From a virus (Duplodnaviria > Caudoviricetes): a stretch of 64,000 nt of DNA. Below are positions 18,036 through 27,515 of the stretch, one piece after another; positions within the stretch are counted from its first letter, which is position 1; every line of letters starts with the position of its first letter. Location: the IMG/VR virus record IMGVR_UViG_3300031813_000004, positions 1-64,000 of that record. One strand, 5' to 3'. The position numbers and the translations under genes are program-made. The notes under the pieces are model-generated. The model made no database searches and was not told the origin of the DNA. It saw nothing but the letters and a program-made list of their open reading frames with translations.

Positions 18036-18968
18036 ATGATTGAAGAATATGCTGAACTAATGGGAACAGGTCACGAATCAAAAGAAATTGTAAAACCAGA
18101 GGATGAGTTTTTTCATTCAGTTTATATCGCTGGAACTAGTAGAAAAAATCATATTGATATTGTTGAAAGTGCAGGAAAACTTCAAGTTAGAGGTGTTGAA
18201 TATAATAAAGATAAAGTTCATATGATTGTAACTCATGTGAAAAGAGTTTTAGTTAAAATTAAAACAGATGAAAAAACTAAAAAAGATAAGACTGAATGTT
18301 TTTCATTTCAACAAGGAACTCCTCCGTGGCATGGTTTTAATAATAGAGTATGCGGACAAAATGCAACAGAAAGAGCATCTAATGACTTTTGTAAAGATTG
18401 TAAGGGCCAGATTATTTTGGCAGGTATTTATACAGATGAGCATGGTAATCCAATTTTAAGCGAAGAAAAGAAACCCACCTTTGTATTTATTAGAGGTAAA
18501 GGAATGAAATATTCTGGTGTTTCTACATATCTTGATGAATTATCAAAAATGGAATTAGATCCAATTTTTACACCAGTAACAGAAGAAACTAAAAGATTTG
18601 AAAAGAATGTTGTTAATAATAAAAGATTCGTAACTGGAATTTCAATCGGAACACAAGATTCCAAATATGGAATTAAACAAGTTTTTAAATTAGAAACAGG
18701 AGTTAAACTTCCAACTGAAAAAGTTCATTCAATTCTTAAATTAGCAAAGAAAACAATTGAAAAATTCAATGAAAAATTTGACGAAAGTAGTAGAGGAAAT
18801 AATAATGCAGCATCAAGTTATATTGAAGAGACACATCATGTAGATAACTCTAATAAATTTAATGATACATCTAATCATGAAGCTCCTATTACAAATTCAC
18901 AAGCAACAACACAGTCTAAAGTCGAAGAACCAAGTGTTTCATTTAATTTTGAGGATGTAGAATTTTAA
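18036..18968 (+). CDS. putative ssDNA-binding or recombination protein
   Basis: Cys cluster, low-complexity linker and acidic-aromatic tail FNFEDVEF as in phage SSBs. Confidence 0.45.
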   Translation: MIEEYAELMGTGHESKEIVKPEDEFFHSVYIAGTSRKNHIDIVESAGKLQVRGVEYNKDKVHMIVTHVKRVLVKIKTDEKTKKDKTECFSFQQGTPPWHGFNNRVCGQNATERASNDFCKDCKGQIILAGIYTDEHGNPILSEEKKPTFVFIRGKGMKYSGVSTYLDELSKMELDPIFTPVTEETKRFEKNVVNNKRFVTGISIGTQDSKYGIKQVFKLETGVKLPTEKVHSILKLAKKTIEKFNEKFDESSRGNNNAASSYIEETHHVDNSNKFNDTSNHEAPITNSQATTQSKVEEPSVSFNFEDVEF

Positions 18969-18987
18969 ACTAAATCATACAACCAAT

Positions 18988-19016
18988 AATGGGATAGACT
19001 AAAAATCTATCCCATT
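18988..19016 (+). terminator. hairpin terminator
   Basis: AATGGGATAGA...TCTATCCCATT. Confidence 0.55.
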
Positions 19017-19026
19017 CTGTACAAAA

Positions 19027-19320
19027 TAATACTTTGAAAGATCTGATATTCATCTATAATTATTTTTAGATGTACCTAACATATCCAAAAGATATGTATG
19101 GATTCACTTTTTAAAAGTGAAGTATTAAGACTAGGGTCATTAAAGTCTCATTGACTTTAAAGTCCAGTAATAGAGGTACGATTAATGACGTTAGAATGCA
19201 CATGCTCAGTTCTAACTAAGAAGATTTAATAACCCATTAAGATGTTAAGAAAATTAAATCAACTCTATTGCTAATCCCGAGAGCAAGATTAGATTTTTAC
19301 TCATCTTTTCTAAATGAAAT
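19027..19320 (+). ncRNA. omegaRNA scaffold upstream of isrB
   Basis: TAATACTT/AAGTATTA stem closed just before GACTAG; GTCATTAA/TTAATGAC; AGTAATAGAG/CTCTATTGCT; TTAGAA..TTCTAA hairpin whose loop TGCTC can pair with GAGCA. 3' boundary approximate. Confidence 0.7.
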
Positions 19321-19362
19321 AAATCAACAAACAAACCTGTATAAGGGAGATTTAAAAAAGAG

Positions 19363-20511
19363 ATGAAAGATGTAATAATTAGAATTCCAGCAGTTTATAA
19401 AAATATTCCTTTAATGCCAATGAAATTGAAGAAATGTTTAAAATTTGAAAAATTAGGAAAAGGAAAATTTAGATTTAATAATAAATTAAAAATAAGATAT
19501 TTTGAATTATTATTTGAACCATCTGGATATGATTTACAACCATTAAATCTTGGTATTGATCCAGGTAGTCATTTCGATGGTTTTAGTATTACAAGTAAAT
19601 ATTGTCATCATCATAATTTTCAATTAAACCATAATAAAGAAATTAAAGATTTAATGGATCGTAGAAGAATGTATAGAAAATTAAGAAGATCTAGATTAAG
19701 ACATCGTAAAATAAGATTTAGTTATAGGACTTCTAAAAAATTAGTACCAACTATTAATTCTATGGTTGAATTTAGAAAATGGATGATTAAAAAGATTCTA
19801 GAGATTTATCCAATTAAACGAATTGTTATAGAAGATGTTAAATATAATCATTTTAAAGATAATAAAGGATCTAGTTTTAGTCAGGTTGAAATTGGTAAAA
19901 CAAAATTATATGAATGGATTAGAAGTAAAAATTTAATTATTCATAAAGTTAAAGGATTTATTACAAAGGCTTTAAGAATTAAAATTTTTGGATTTGATCC
20001 TAAATTAAAAGATAAATCAATTAAAGATTTTAATAGTCATTCTATAGATAGTTTTGTTATTTCAACTTTATTATTAAAAAATATTCCAAAAGCACACAAA
20101 AAACTCATTGATATTACAAAAGTATTTTATATTAGAAGATATCTATATCAATTTAGATGTTTAAAAAAAGATAAAAAATATTATTTTAGATATATTAAAG
20201 GGGGAATTAAAAAAATATTTATTAAAATGAGTAAATTTTCTATTTGTAGAATTAAATTAGAAGGAGATCATTCTAATCATCCTAAAAAATGGAATTATAT
20301 TAATAATGGAAAAGTGGAATGTTTTAAAAAATATAAAAATTTATACGGAGGAACTAGTAGATTTGGTATTTCTAAATATATGATGTTTAAAGATTTATTA
20401 AAAAATGAAATTTATAAAATAACAAATACAAAATCGTATAAATTTTTATATGAAAATTCGAATAGATTTAAACTTATTGGGTATAATAATCAAAATATTA
20501 TTATATTTTAA
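19363..20511 (+). CDS. isrB: IsrB (IS200/IS605 OMEGA RuvC nickase, no HNH)
   Basis: PLMP motif, RuvC-I LGIDPG, Arg-rich bridge helix, RuvC-II IEDV, RuvC-III SHSID; no HNH insert. Confidence 0.88.
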   Translation: MKDVIIRIPAVYKNIPLMPMKLKKCLKFEKLGKGKFRFNNKLKIRYFELLFEPSGYDLQPLNLGIDPGSHFDGFSITSKYCHHHNFQLNHNKEIKDLMDRRRMYRKLRRSRLRHRKIRFSYRTSKKLVPTINSMVEFRKWMIKKILEIYPIKRIVIEDVKYNHFKDNKGSSFSQVEIGKTKLYEWIRSKNLIIHKVKGFITKALRIKIFGFDPKLKDKSIKDFNSHSIDSFVISTLLLKNIPKAHKKLIDITKVFYIRRYLYQFRCLKKDKKYYFRYIKGGIKKIFIKMSKFSICRIKLEGDHSNHPKKWNYINNGKVECFKKYKNLYGGTSRFGISKYMMFKDLLKNEIYKITNTKSYKFLYENSNRFKLIGYNNQNIIIF

Positions 20512-20571
20512 CTAAACTAATAATACAAACCATAATTTAACTTTTTAAATTATGATACAAAGGAGATAATA

Positions 20572-21801
20572 ATGGCTAAGGCGGAAGAACAGAAGTATTT
20601 CGAAAGACTAAATATCAATGTTTCTAATATCTCTAAAATTAAACAACTAATTAAAACAACTATCCTTCATACTATTAGATCTTGGGAAAAAGGTCGAGAT
20701 ATTGAAAAACAGACTTTCCATATTATTGGTCCTGCTGGCGTAGGTAAAACACAAATATGTGGTCAGATATCAAAAGAATTAAGTGAAGAATTAAAAATTA
20801 ATTTTGAAAATAAGATTATTAAAGCTCCTGTTCTTTCCAGAGACGATTTTATTATTCCCTTCCCAATAATTGATAAAGAAGGTTCTACATCATTCAAAAT
20901 GTTATATTCAGATTTTATGCCAAAAAATAAAGATAGTTTTGGTCTATTTGTAATAGATGAATGTAGTAGAGGGGATCATAACCTTCAACAATTATTGTGG
21001 CAGGTTCAAAATGAAAATAAAATACATCTAGAGGAAATGCCTAAAGGTTGGTTTGTTATAGCAATTGATAATCCTGATGATCAAGAATATAGTATGGATA
21101 CAATGGAAGATGCAGCAGGTTTGAGAAGAATGCTACATATCTATACAGAAGTTTCAGTAAATGATTTTCTAACTCATGCAATTCAAGAAAAATTCCACCC
21201 TTTAGTAATAGAGTTCATTCAAACAAATCCCAATTATATTTATGATTATGATGCCCAGAAAATGGGTTCTGTTTATGCTAATCCTGCATCATATGAAAGA
21301 GTTTCAAACTTACTATGGATGTATGAATTGAATAATGGAATTAGAGAAAATTTAAATGATTTAGAAATCCTTTTTGCTGGTCTTTTAAATGTTCATAAAA
21401 CAAGATTATTTATTGATTTTATCAGAGATAAAAAAGGTGTTAATCCAAAAGATATATTCTTTGAATATGAAGAAAAGAAAGTTAGGGCTGTAATTTTAGA
21501 ATTTGTTAGAAAGAATGATAATGCAAGTTTAGGTGAAGTAATGGTTGCGTTTACAACATATTTAATTTCAAGTAAACCAGATTTTACAGATAAAGAAATT
21601 ACAAATGTTATTAAGTTTTTAACAGATATACCTGTAGATACAGCAGCAATATTTGTATTGTATATTGATAAACTTGAAAGAACATCTCAAGAATTTAGAT
21701 ATTATACAAAGTTTCAGATGGAACTTATGAAAAATACTTATTATAAAAAAGAATTTTATGAGGTCCTCCTGGAAACTAGAAAGAGAGAAGAAAAGAAATG
21801 A
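20572..21801 (+). CDS. MoxR-like AAA+ ATPase
   Basis: Walker A GPAGVGKT, Walker B FVIDE, sensor N and DAAGLRR. Confidence 0.85.
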   Translation: MAKAEEQKYFERLNINVSNISKIKQLIKTTILHTIRSWEKGRDIEKQTFHIIGPAGVGKTQICGQISKELSEELKINFENKIIKAPVLSRDDFIIPFPIIDKEGSTSFKMLYSDFMPKNKDSFGLFVIDECSRGDHNLQQLLWQVQNENKIHLEEMPKGWFVIAIDNPDDQEYSMDTMEDAAGLRRMLHIYTEVSVNDFLTHAIQEKFHPLVIEFIQTNPNYIYDYDAQKMGSVYANPASYERVSNLLWMYELNNGIRENLNDLEILFAGLLNVHKTRLFIDFIRDKKGVNPKDIFFEYEEKKVRAVILEFVRKNDNASLGEVMVAFTTYLISSKPDFTDKEITNVIKFLTDIPVDTAAIFVLYIDKLERTSQEFRYYTKFQMELMKNTYYKKEFYEVLLETRKREEKK

Positions 21802-23114
21802 ATGAAATAGACAACTCCAAAGAGAGAATTAAAGAACTAATCGCCAAGATGATTCTCAATAGTAGTTATTGGGGTTATCTATTTTCAAGAGTCAGGAGAA
21901 TTGAAGATTATAAGCTACCCTCAATTATGGGGGTAGCACCTGAATCTGATGGAACATTATCTTTAAGATATAACCCAATGTTTTTTAAAGGAACACCAGA
22001 TAAATCAATTGAAGTTGTTTTGGAACATGAAGGAATGCATTTACTTAATACTCATATTCCAAGATTATTAAGATTAATGTCATTTACAATGGATGAAAAA
22101 CATAAACAACAAATTTGTAAAGTTTTTAATATTGCAGCAGATTGTGCAGCTAATGAACAAATGAAAGCTCCAGATAGTATTAGTATGATGGGTTCATCAT
22201 TTAATTTATGTCATCCAAAATTATATAAGTTGCCTATTACCAAATCAACAGAATATTATTTTGAAGAATTAATGAAAAAGAGTCAAAAAGAAGGTGGAGG
22301 TGGAGGCGGAGATGGAGATAGTGAAAGTCAAGGTGAGGGACAAGATAGTAATTCTAAAGGAAACGGTGAAGGCCCTATTGATGATCATTCTTCATGGCAA
22401 GAAATGAAAGATTGTGATGTAACCACTTTAGCTAGAAAAATTGAAAATTTTACAAGTGAATTAGTAAAAGAGTCAGTTAAAAGCTTTAGAGGAAAATTAC
22501 CAGGAAATATTCAAGAATTAATTAATCAACTATTACAACCACCACAACTTCCATATTATCAAATTATTAGTAAACTTGTAAAAGGTTGTAGAGTAAGTAA
22601 ATGGAGAAGGTCATGTACAAGGATTAATAGAAAGAGAACATATACTTTTGCAGTTAATGAATTGAATATACCTTCTATTTCACCTTTCCCAGGAAAGACT
22701 AGGGACTTTACTTTTAGTTTGTGTGTATTAATAGATACATCAGGAAGTGTATCCACATCTGAGATATGTGAAGCGTTATCTGGAATAAAACAGATCATAG
22801 AAAATGATAAATATGTTGTAACTCATGTATTAGAAGTTGATACCCAAATTCAAAAAGAATATAAAGTTAAAAGAGTTAGAGACATACAACCAGATGTTAA
22901 AGGTAGAGGTGGAACAACATTATTTGATGGATTTAAAAGAGCAAAAGAGTTAGCTGTAGATATGGTATTATGTTTTACTGATGGATATTGTGAAGATTTA
23001 AATTCAATGACTAGAAGTACATTACCAAATAAAATGTTATTCATAATCAGTAAAGGTGGTTCGTCTGATAGATTGAATAAAGTTGGATGGGTTATTCATC
23101 TGGAGAAAGATTAA
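21798..23114 (+). CDS. HExxH metallopeptidase-like + VWA domain protein (DUF2201-like)
   Basis: HEGMH, NIAAD, Gly-rich linker, MIDAS DTSGS, GRGGT, FTDG. Confidence 0.85.
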   Translation: MNEIDNSKERIKELIAKMILNSSYWGYLFSRVRRIEDYKLPSIMGVAPESDGTLSLRYNPMFFKGTPDKSIEVVLEHEGMHLLNTHIPRLLRLMSFTMDEKHKQQICKVFNIAADCAANEQMKAPDSISMMGSSFNLCHPKLYKLPITKSTEYYFEELMKKSQKEGGGGGGDGDSESQGEGQDSNSKGNGEGPIDDHSSWQEMKDCDVTTLARKIENFTSELVKESVKSFRGKLPGNIQELINQLLQPPQLPYYQIISKLVKGCRVSKWRRSCTRINRKRTYTFAVNELNIPSISPFPGKTRDFTFSLCVLIDTSGSVSTSEICEALSGIKQIIENDKYVVTHVLEVDTQIQKEYKVKRVRDIQPDVKGRGGTTLFDGFKRAKELAVDMVLCFTDGYCEDLNSMTRSTLPNKMLFIISKGGSSDRLNKVGWVIHLEKD

Positions 23115-23115
23115 T

Positions 23116-23292
23116 ATGAAGTTTATTAGTGAGATATCAAAGTCCAGGCAGATGTTTTGCCTGGACTGTATTTATTCTTTTGATGATTTACTATTGGAAT
23201 ATGTTTCTTGTTCTATAAATCATTCACCAGAGTCTTTTTGTAAATGTAAAAAATATAAAAAGAGAAATAAAATATTGGAGAATAAATTATGA
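23116..23292 (+). CDS. small Cys-rich paralog (family A)
   Basis: CLDCIYSFDDLL..C..C. Confidence 0.6.
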   Translation: MKFISEISKSRQMFCLDCIYSFDDLLLEYVSCSINHSPESFCKCKKYKKRNKILENKL

Positions 23293-23612
23293 AATATCAT
23301 ATTTCAAAAATTAAAATTTTATATAATCATAAAATACAGAATATTGAATACCCAGTAGTATTTCTTTGTGATTGCCATGGAATTGCATTATCTAAGAGAG
23401 GAATAAATGATAATCATATATTATTAAATAATTTAACTGAAGATGATGAAAATTGGTTTCATAGTGATTCATCATTAGGGAGTTCTACTTGGATTAGTGA
23501 GTATATTAAATTATTTAAAAGAGTTGAAAAATATATGAAAGATAATTGTACCCCTGATATGGGAATTTATGATAAAGATGTTCAATATGGATATAAATTT
23601 AAAGAGAAATAA
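23289..23612 (+). CDS. hypothetical protein
   Basis: ORF with RBS and ATGA overlap. Confidence 0.65.
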   Translation: MKYHISKIKILYNHKIQNIEYPVVFLCDCHGIALSKRGINDNHILLNNLTEDDENWFHSDSSLGSSTWISEYIKLFKRVEKYMKDNCTPDMGIYDKDVQYGYKFKEK

Positions 23613-23614
23613 AA

Positions 23615-23788
23615 ATGGATCCTTCTGATAGTTATAAATTAATGAGAATCTGGAGATGTAAACATTGTACTAATTCATTTTATGATGAATTAATGATACA
23701 TCTTACTTGTTTTAAAAATCTTAAACAAAATTATAGTAGTAAAAATGGGTTTACTTGTAAAGAATTTAATAAAAGAGAAAAATTATGA
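23615..23788 (+). CDS. small Cys-rich paralog (family A), 57 aa
   Basis: CKHCTNSFYDELMIHLTCFKNL..C; ATGA overlap with the next gene; not in the ORF track. Confidence 0.7.
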   Translation: MDPSDSYKLMRIWRCKHCTNSFYDELMIHLTCFKNLKQNYSSKNGFTCKEFNKREKL

Positions 23789-24045
23789 TACCAGATGTGA
23801 AGGTAAAAGAAACAGACGTTAGTATATTTATTCCATTACCTAGTGGTAAATTTAATTTTAACGAATGGTGGTTTTCATATTTTAGATATGAAAGAAAAAT
23901 GTGTAAAAATTGCAAAAATTACTTTAGGGATGAACTTATGAATTATAATTCATGTTCTAAAAATTTAATACCAAGAAAAAGATTACATAAAAAATATAAA
24001 CAATATTATGATATATGTTTAGAATATATGGATGAAAAATTATGA
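23785..24045 (+). CDS. small Cys-rich paralog (family A)
   Basis: CKNCKNYFRDELMNYNSCSKNLIP..C. Confidence 0.7.
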   Translation: MIPDVKVKETDVSIFIPLPSGKFNFNEWWFSYFRYERKMCKNCKNYFRDELMNYNSCSKNLIPRKRLHKKYKQYYDICLEYMDEKL

Positions 24046-24287
24046 TAACTTCAAATTTTGATTTTAGTTCATTATACCCAGGTATTTATACACCTTCTTT
24101 TAAAAAATTCTATCCATTATCAACTCATAAATCTAATATGTGTAAAAATTGTAAAAATTGTTTTATTGATGAATTAATGGAACATAATACATGTACTAAA
24201 AATTTGTTTCCTTGTCATAGATATCATAAAAAATATAGAAGAAATTATTTAAGCTGTTTAGGATATGGTATAAGAAATGAAAAATGA
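24042..24287 (+). CDS. small Cys-rich paralog (family A)
   Basis: CKNCKNCFIDELMEHNTCTKNLFP..C. Confidence 0.7.
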   Translation: MITSNFDFSSLYPGIYTPSFKKFYPLSTHKSNMCKNCKNCFIDELMEHNTCTKNLFPCHRYHKKYRRNYLSCLGYGIRNEK

Positions 24288-24471
24288 ATTTGGATTAACA
24301 TTACCAGCATATTGTTTGGGTTGCAAAAATTCATTTGATGATAGATTAATTAAACATATATCATGTAGTTTAGATTTATTCCCTGATGTGATAAATTCTT
24401 TTATACCTACAACTGTTTTTAGATGTATAAATTTTGTTATAAAAGAGAAACAAAATGAATATAAAAATTGA
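24277..24471 (+). CDS. small Cys-rich paralog (family A)
   Basis: CLGCKNSFDDRLIKHISCSLDLFP..C. Confidence 0.7.
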   Translation: MKNEFGLTLPAYCLGCKNSFDDRLIKHISCSLDLFPDVINSFIPTTVFRCINFVIKEKQNEYKN

Positions 24472-24649
24472 GAAAATTAGAATTAGATATACTAGACCAA
24501 AACTTTGTTTAGATTGTAAAAATGCATTTGATGATGAATTGATAAATTGGTTGACTTGTTTTAAAAATTTAACACCAACTTTACAACTCTATAAAGATAC
24601 TTTTAATTTTGAAAGTGTATGCCCAGAATATGTCAAAGAACCGGAGTAA
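24455..24649 (+). CDS. small Cys-rich paralog (family A)
   Basis: CLDCKNAFDDELINWLTCFKNLTP..C. Confidence 0.7.
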   Translation: MNIKIEKIRIRYTRPKLCLDCKNAFDDELINWLTCFKNLTPTLQLYKDTFNFESVCPEYVKEPE

Positions 24650-24651
24650 AT

Positions 24652-26448
24652 ATGACTGATAATTATACTAGTAAAGATATTACAGTAATGGAAGAAATTG
24701 AGCATATAAGAACTAACGCCGGTATGTATATAGGGATGACTGATACTCCAACTCATCTAATTGAAGAGACTTTAGATAATGCATTAGATGAATGTTTAGC
24801 TGGGTATGCAAGTATTGCTGCTATTTTAATTGATACTGATAAAAATATATTCTCTGTAATAGATAACGGAAGAGGAATACCCATAGATGGAGATGTTCCA
24901 TTTGTTATATCTACGAAACTATTTAGTGGTGGTAAATTTAAGGATACCAAGTCAGCATATAAAATAGTTGCAGGGCAGCATGGTGTAGGATTAGTTGCTG
25001 TTAATGCATTAAGTGATTTTTATATTGTTGAAGTTTATAGAGACTCAAAACATGTTAAATATACATTTGAAAATGCAAAATTAAAAGATAAGTTAATAGA
25101 AGATTTTAGAGGTGATAAGCCTTTCTCAACAAAGATATCTTTTAAACCTTCAAAGAAAATATTTGAATCATTAAAACCAAATATTGATAGATTAAGAAAA
25201 AGATTATTAAATGCATCAACTGAATTGGGTAATGTTACATTTGTTTTAAATATTGATAATACTAAAGAAGTTATTAAAGTTACAAAAGATGATTTCTTTA
25301 AAAAACAATGTTTAACAGAAAATGATGAAGAAATATCAAAAATATTTATATTAAATTCAAAAGATAAAGATGAAAAATTTAATGTAATGTTTAGTTATGC
25401 ATTTACAGGACCGATAACTCCAAAATTTGTTTCATCTGTAAATCTTTTACCTGTTGATGGTGGTGGTAGTCATGTAAATATTTTTTCTGAAATTTTAAAA
25501 GATTTCTTTATTAGTAAAGCTAAAAAGTTTGATAAGAAATTTCAACCTGGAGATTCACTATGTGGGTTAAGATGTTATTGTAGTTTGGAATTAATTAAAC
25601 CAGAATATTCAGGACAATCAAAAGATAAATTAATAAATAGAAAAGAAAGTTTAGAAAAATTAGCTGCAAAATTAAAAATTGAATTAGAATTAATATTTAA
25701 AGATGACCAAGAATGGTTAATGAATTTATTGAATTTCTTTGATGATTATAGAAAAAGATTAAATCATAAGAAAACCGATAATGCAAATGGAAAAAGAGGA
25801 TCTTGTAAATTTACAAAGTTAGCAGATTGTACTTCTTCTAATGGTGAATTATTTGTTGTGGAAGGAGATTCAGCAGGAGGTTCATTTAAACAATGTAGAG
25901 ATCCACATATGCACGCTATACTTCCTTTAAAAGGAAAAATACCTAGTATAATAACAAAGAAAGAAATATTAAAGCATAAAGAAGTTCATGAATTTATAGA
26001 GGCATTGGGAACTGGTACTGGTCACTATTTCGATATAACTAAATTGAAATATGATAAAATTATATCAGCCCCTGATGCAGATGAAGATGGAGGACATATT
26101 TTCTGTCTTTTAACAATAATAGTAGCAGTTCTAGTTCCTGAAATAATTAAATCTGGTAAATTTTATTTAGCTAAGACTCCATTATATGCAATAACAGATA
26201 ATAAAAAAGTTTTTATTCCAATATGGGAAACATCAGAACTACAAAAAGCAAGAGATGAAAATAAGAATCTTACTAGAATAAAAGGTTTAGGCCAAATGGA
26301 TCCTTGGATGCTAAAAATATGTGCATTAGATATTCCAACTAGAAAATTAGTTCAAGTTCAATGGACTAAAAATTTAGAACATATCTTAGAACTATTTTAT
26401 GATAAAGATGCAAAAAGAGCTTTATTATGTGGGGAATGGAAATTATGA
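24652..26448 (+). CDS. gyrB: type IIA topoisomerase ATPase/TOPRIM subunit (GyrB/ParE-like)
   Basis: ETLDNALDE, DNGRGIP, GQHGVG, VEGDSA, PLKGK, DADEDG, RIKGLG; start moved to the ATG at 24652. Confidence 0.92.
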   Translation: MTDNYTSKDITVMEEIEHIRTNAGMYIGMTDTPTHLIEETLDNALDECLAGYASIAAILIDTDKNIFSVIDNGRGIPIDGDVPFVISTKLFSGGKFKDTKSAYKIVAGQHGVGLVAVNALSDFYIVEVYRDSKHVKYTFENAKLKDKLIEDFRGDKPFSTKISFKPSKKIFESLKPNIDRLRKRLLNASTELGNVTFVLNIDNTKEVIKVTKDDFFKKQCLTENDEEISKIFILNSKDKDEKFNVMFSYAFTGPITPKFVSSVNLLPVDGGGSHVNIFSEILKDFFISKAKKFDKKFQPGDSLCGLRCYCSLELIKPEYSGQSKDKLINRKESLEKLAAKLKIELELIFKDDQEWLMNLLNFFDDYRKRLNHKKTDNANGKRGSCKFTKLADCTSSNGELFVVEGDSAGGSFKQCRDPHMHAILPLKGKIPSIITKKEILKHKEVHEFIEALGTGTGHYFDITKLKYDKIISAPDADEDGGHIFCLLTIIVAVLVPEIIKSGKFYLAKTPLYAITDNKKVFIPIWETSELQKARDENKNLTRIKGLGQMDPWMLKICALDIPTRKLVQVQWTKNLEHILELFYDKDAKRALLCGEWKL

Positions 26449-27245
26449 CTAGATGGGGTTCTACATATGAAGTTATAAAAATAGATAATAAAGATAAAAT
26501 ATTATGTGATTATAATTGTGGGAATTTAGCTAATTATTTATTAAAATTTAAAAATATTAGTAAATATTGTTGTAAAGAATATTTTATTCAATGTAATTCA
26601 ATTACATCAAAAAATTTACCAAAACAACATGGTCATTATACATTATATAAAAAAATAGACACAGATAAAATCTGTTCATTTGGATGTAATAAGAAAGCTA
26701 ATTTTAAATTAAAAAATGGAAGATATTGTTGTTCTGATCATTTTTCAAAATGTGAAGGATATGAAAATCCAAATCAATATATACCACACAATAATGTTTC
26801 ACTAGAAGATTGTTTTATTAATAAAACAGGTTATATAATAATTAAACCAAAAAATTTTGAGTCATTAGAAAGAAGTGAAAAATTATATAATATTAAACTT
26901 GAAAGAGAATGTTGGGAGTGGATTAGATATAAAGATAGGGATGGATATGGTGCTCATAAATTAAGTTATAAATTATTTAAAGGTGAAATTGAAAAGGGAA
27001 AGTGTGTTTGTCATCATTGTGATGACCCATCATGTGTAAACCCAAATCATTTATATTTAGCAACTATAGGCCAAAATAACACTGACAGAAGATTAAAAGG
27101 TAGAAAATCTAAAGGTAAAATGAAATGGATTTGGATTAATGATGATGGCACTGAAATAAAAATTGAAAATTTAGATGGTCATTGTAGAGAACTTGGGATT
27201 AATCCAGATTTAAATAGTACTAAAAAAAGATATAGGAGAATATAA
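26427..27245 (+). CDS. HNH homing endonuclease between topoisomerase subunits
   Basis: Two C..gC..A...CC repeats; CWEW..GYG..HKLSY..CHHCDDPSCVNPNHL. Confidence 0.85.
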   Translation: MWGMEIMTRWGSTYEVIKIDNKDKILCDYNCGNLANYLLKFKNISKYCCKEYFIQCNSITSKNLPKQHGHYTLYKKIDTDKICSFGCNKKANFKLKNGRYCCSDHFSKCEGYENPNQYIPHNNVSLEDCFINKTGYIIIKPKNFESLERSEKLYNIKLERECWEWIRYKDRDGYGAHKLSYKLFKGEIEKGKCVCHHCDDPSCVNPNHLYLATIGQNNTDRRLKGRKSKGKMKWIWINDDGTEIKIENLDGHCRELGINPDLNSTKKRYRRI

Positions 27246-27503
27246 ATGCCATATATTAAGATAACTGATAGAGAAAAATTTGAAGATTCAATTAATAAAA
27301 TAGTTGAATGTATAACGAATCCTGGAGATCTTAATTATATTATCTATACTATTTTAGTTAGAACTGTTAAGAAAATTGGTTTATCTTATAGACTAGGTTC
27401 AGCTTTAATAGCAGAATTAGAATGTTGTAAAATGGAATTTTATATGAAAATTTTAACTCCGTATGAAAATCGAAAATGTAAGGATAATGGTGATGTTAAA
27501 TAG
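27246..27503 (+). CDS. hypothetical phage protein
   Basis: MPYIK..GDLNY..LEC.K.EFY..PYE..K..NGDV conserved-looking small protein. Confidence 0.7.
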   Translation: MPYIKITDREKFEDSINKIVECITNPGDLNYIIYTILVRTVKKIGLSYRLGSALIAELECCKMEFYMKILTPYENRKCKDNGDVK

Positions 27504-27515
27504 GAGATATAATTA

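Noticed and set aside
19363-20511. IscB or Cas9
   Set aside because: No HNH domain between RuvC-II and RuvC-III and no CRISPR array; fits IsrB.
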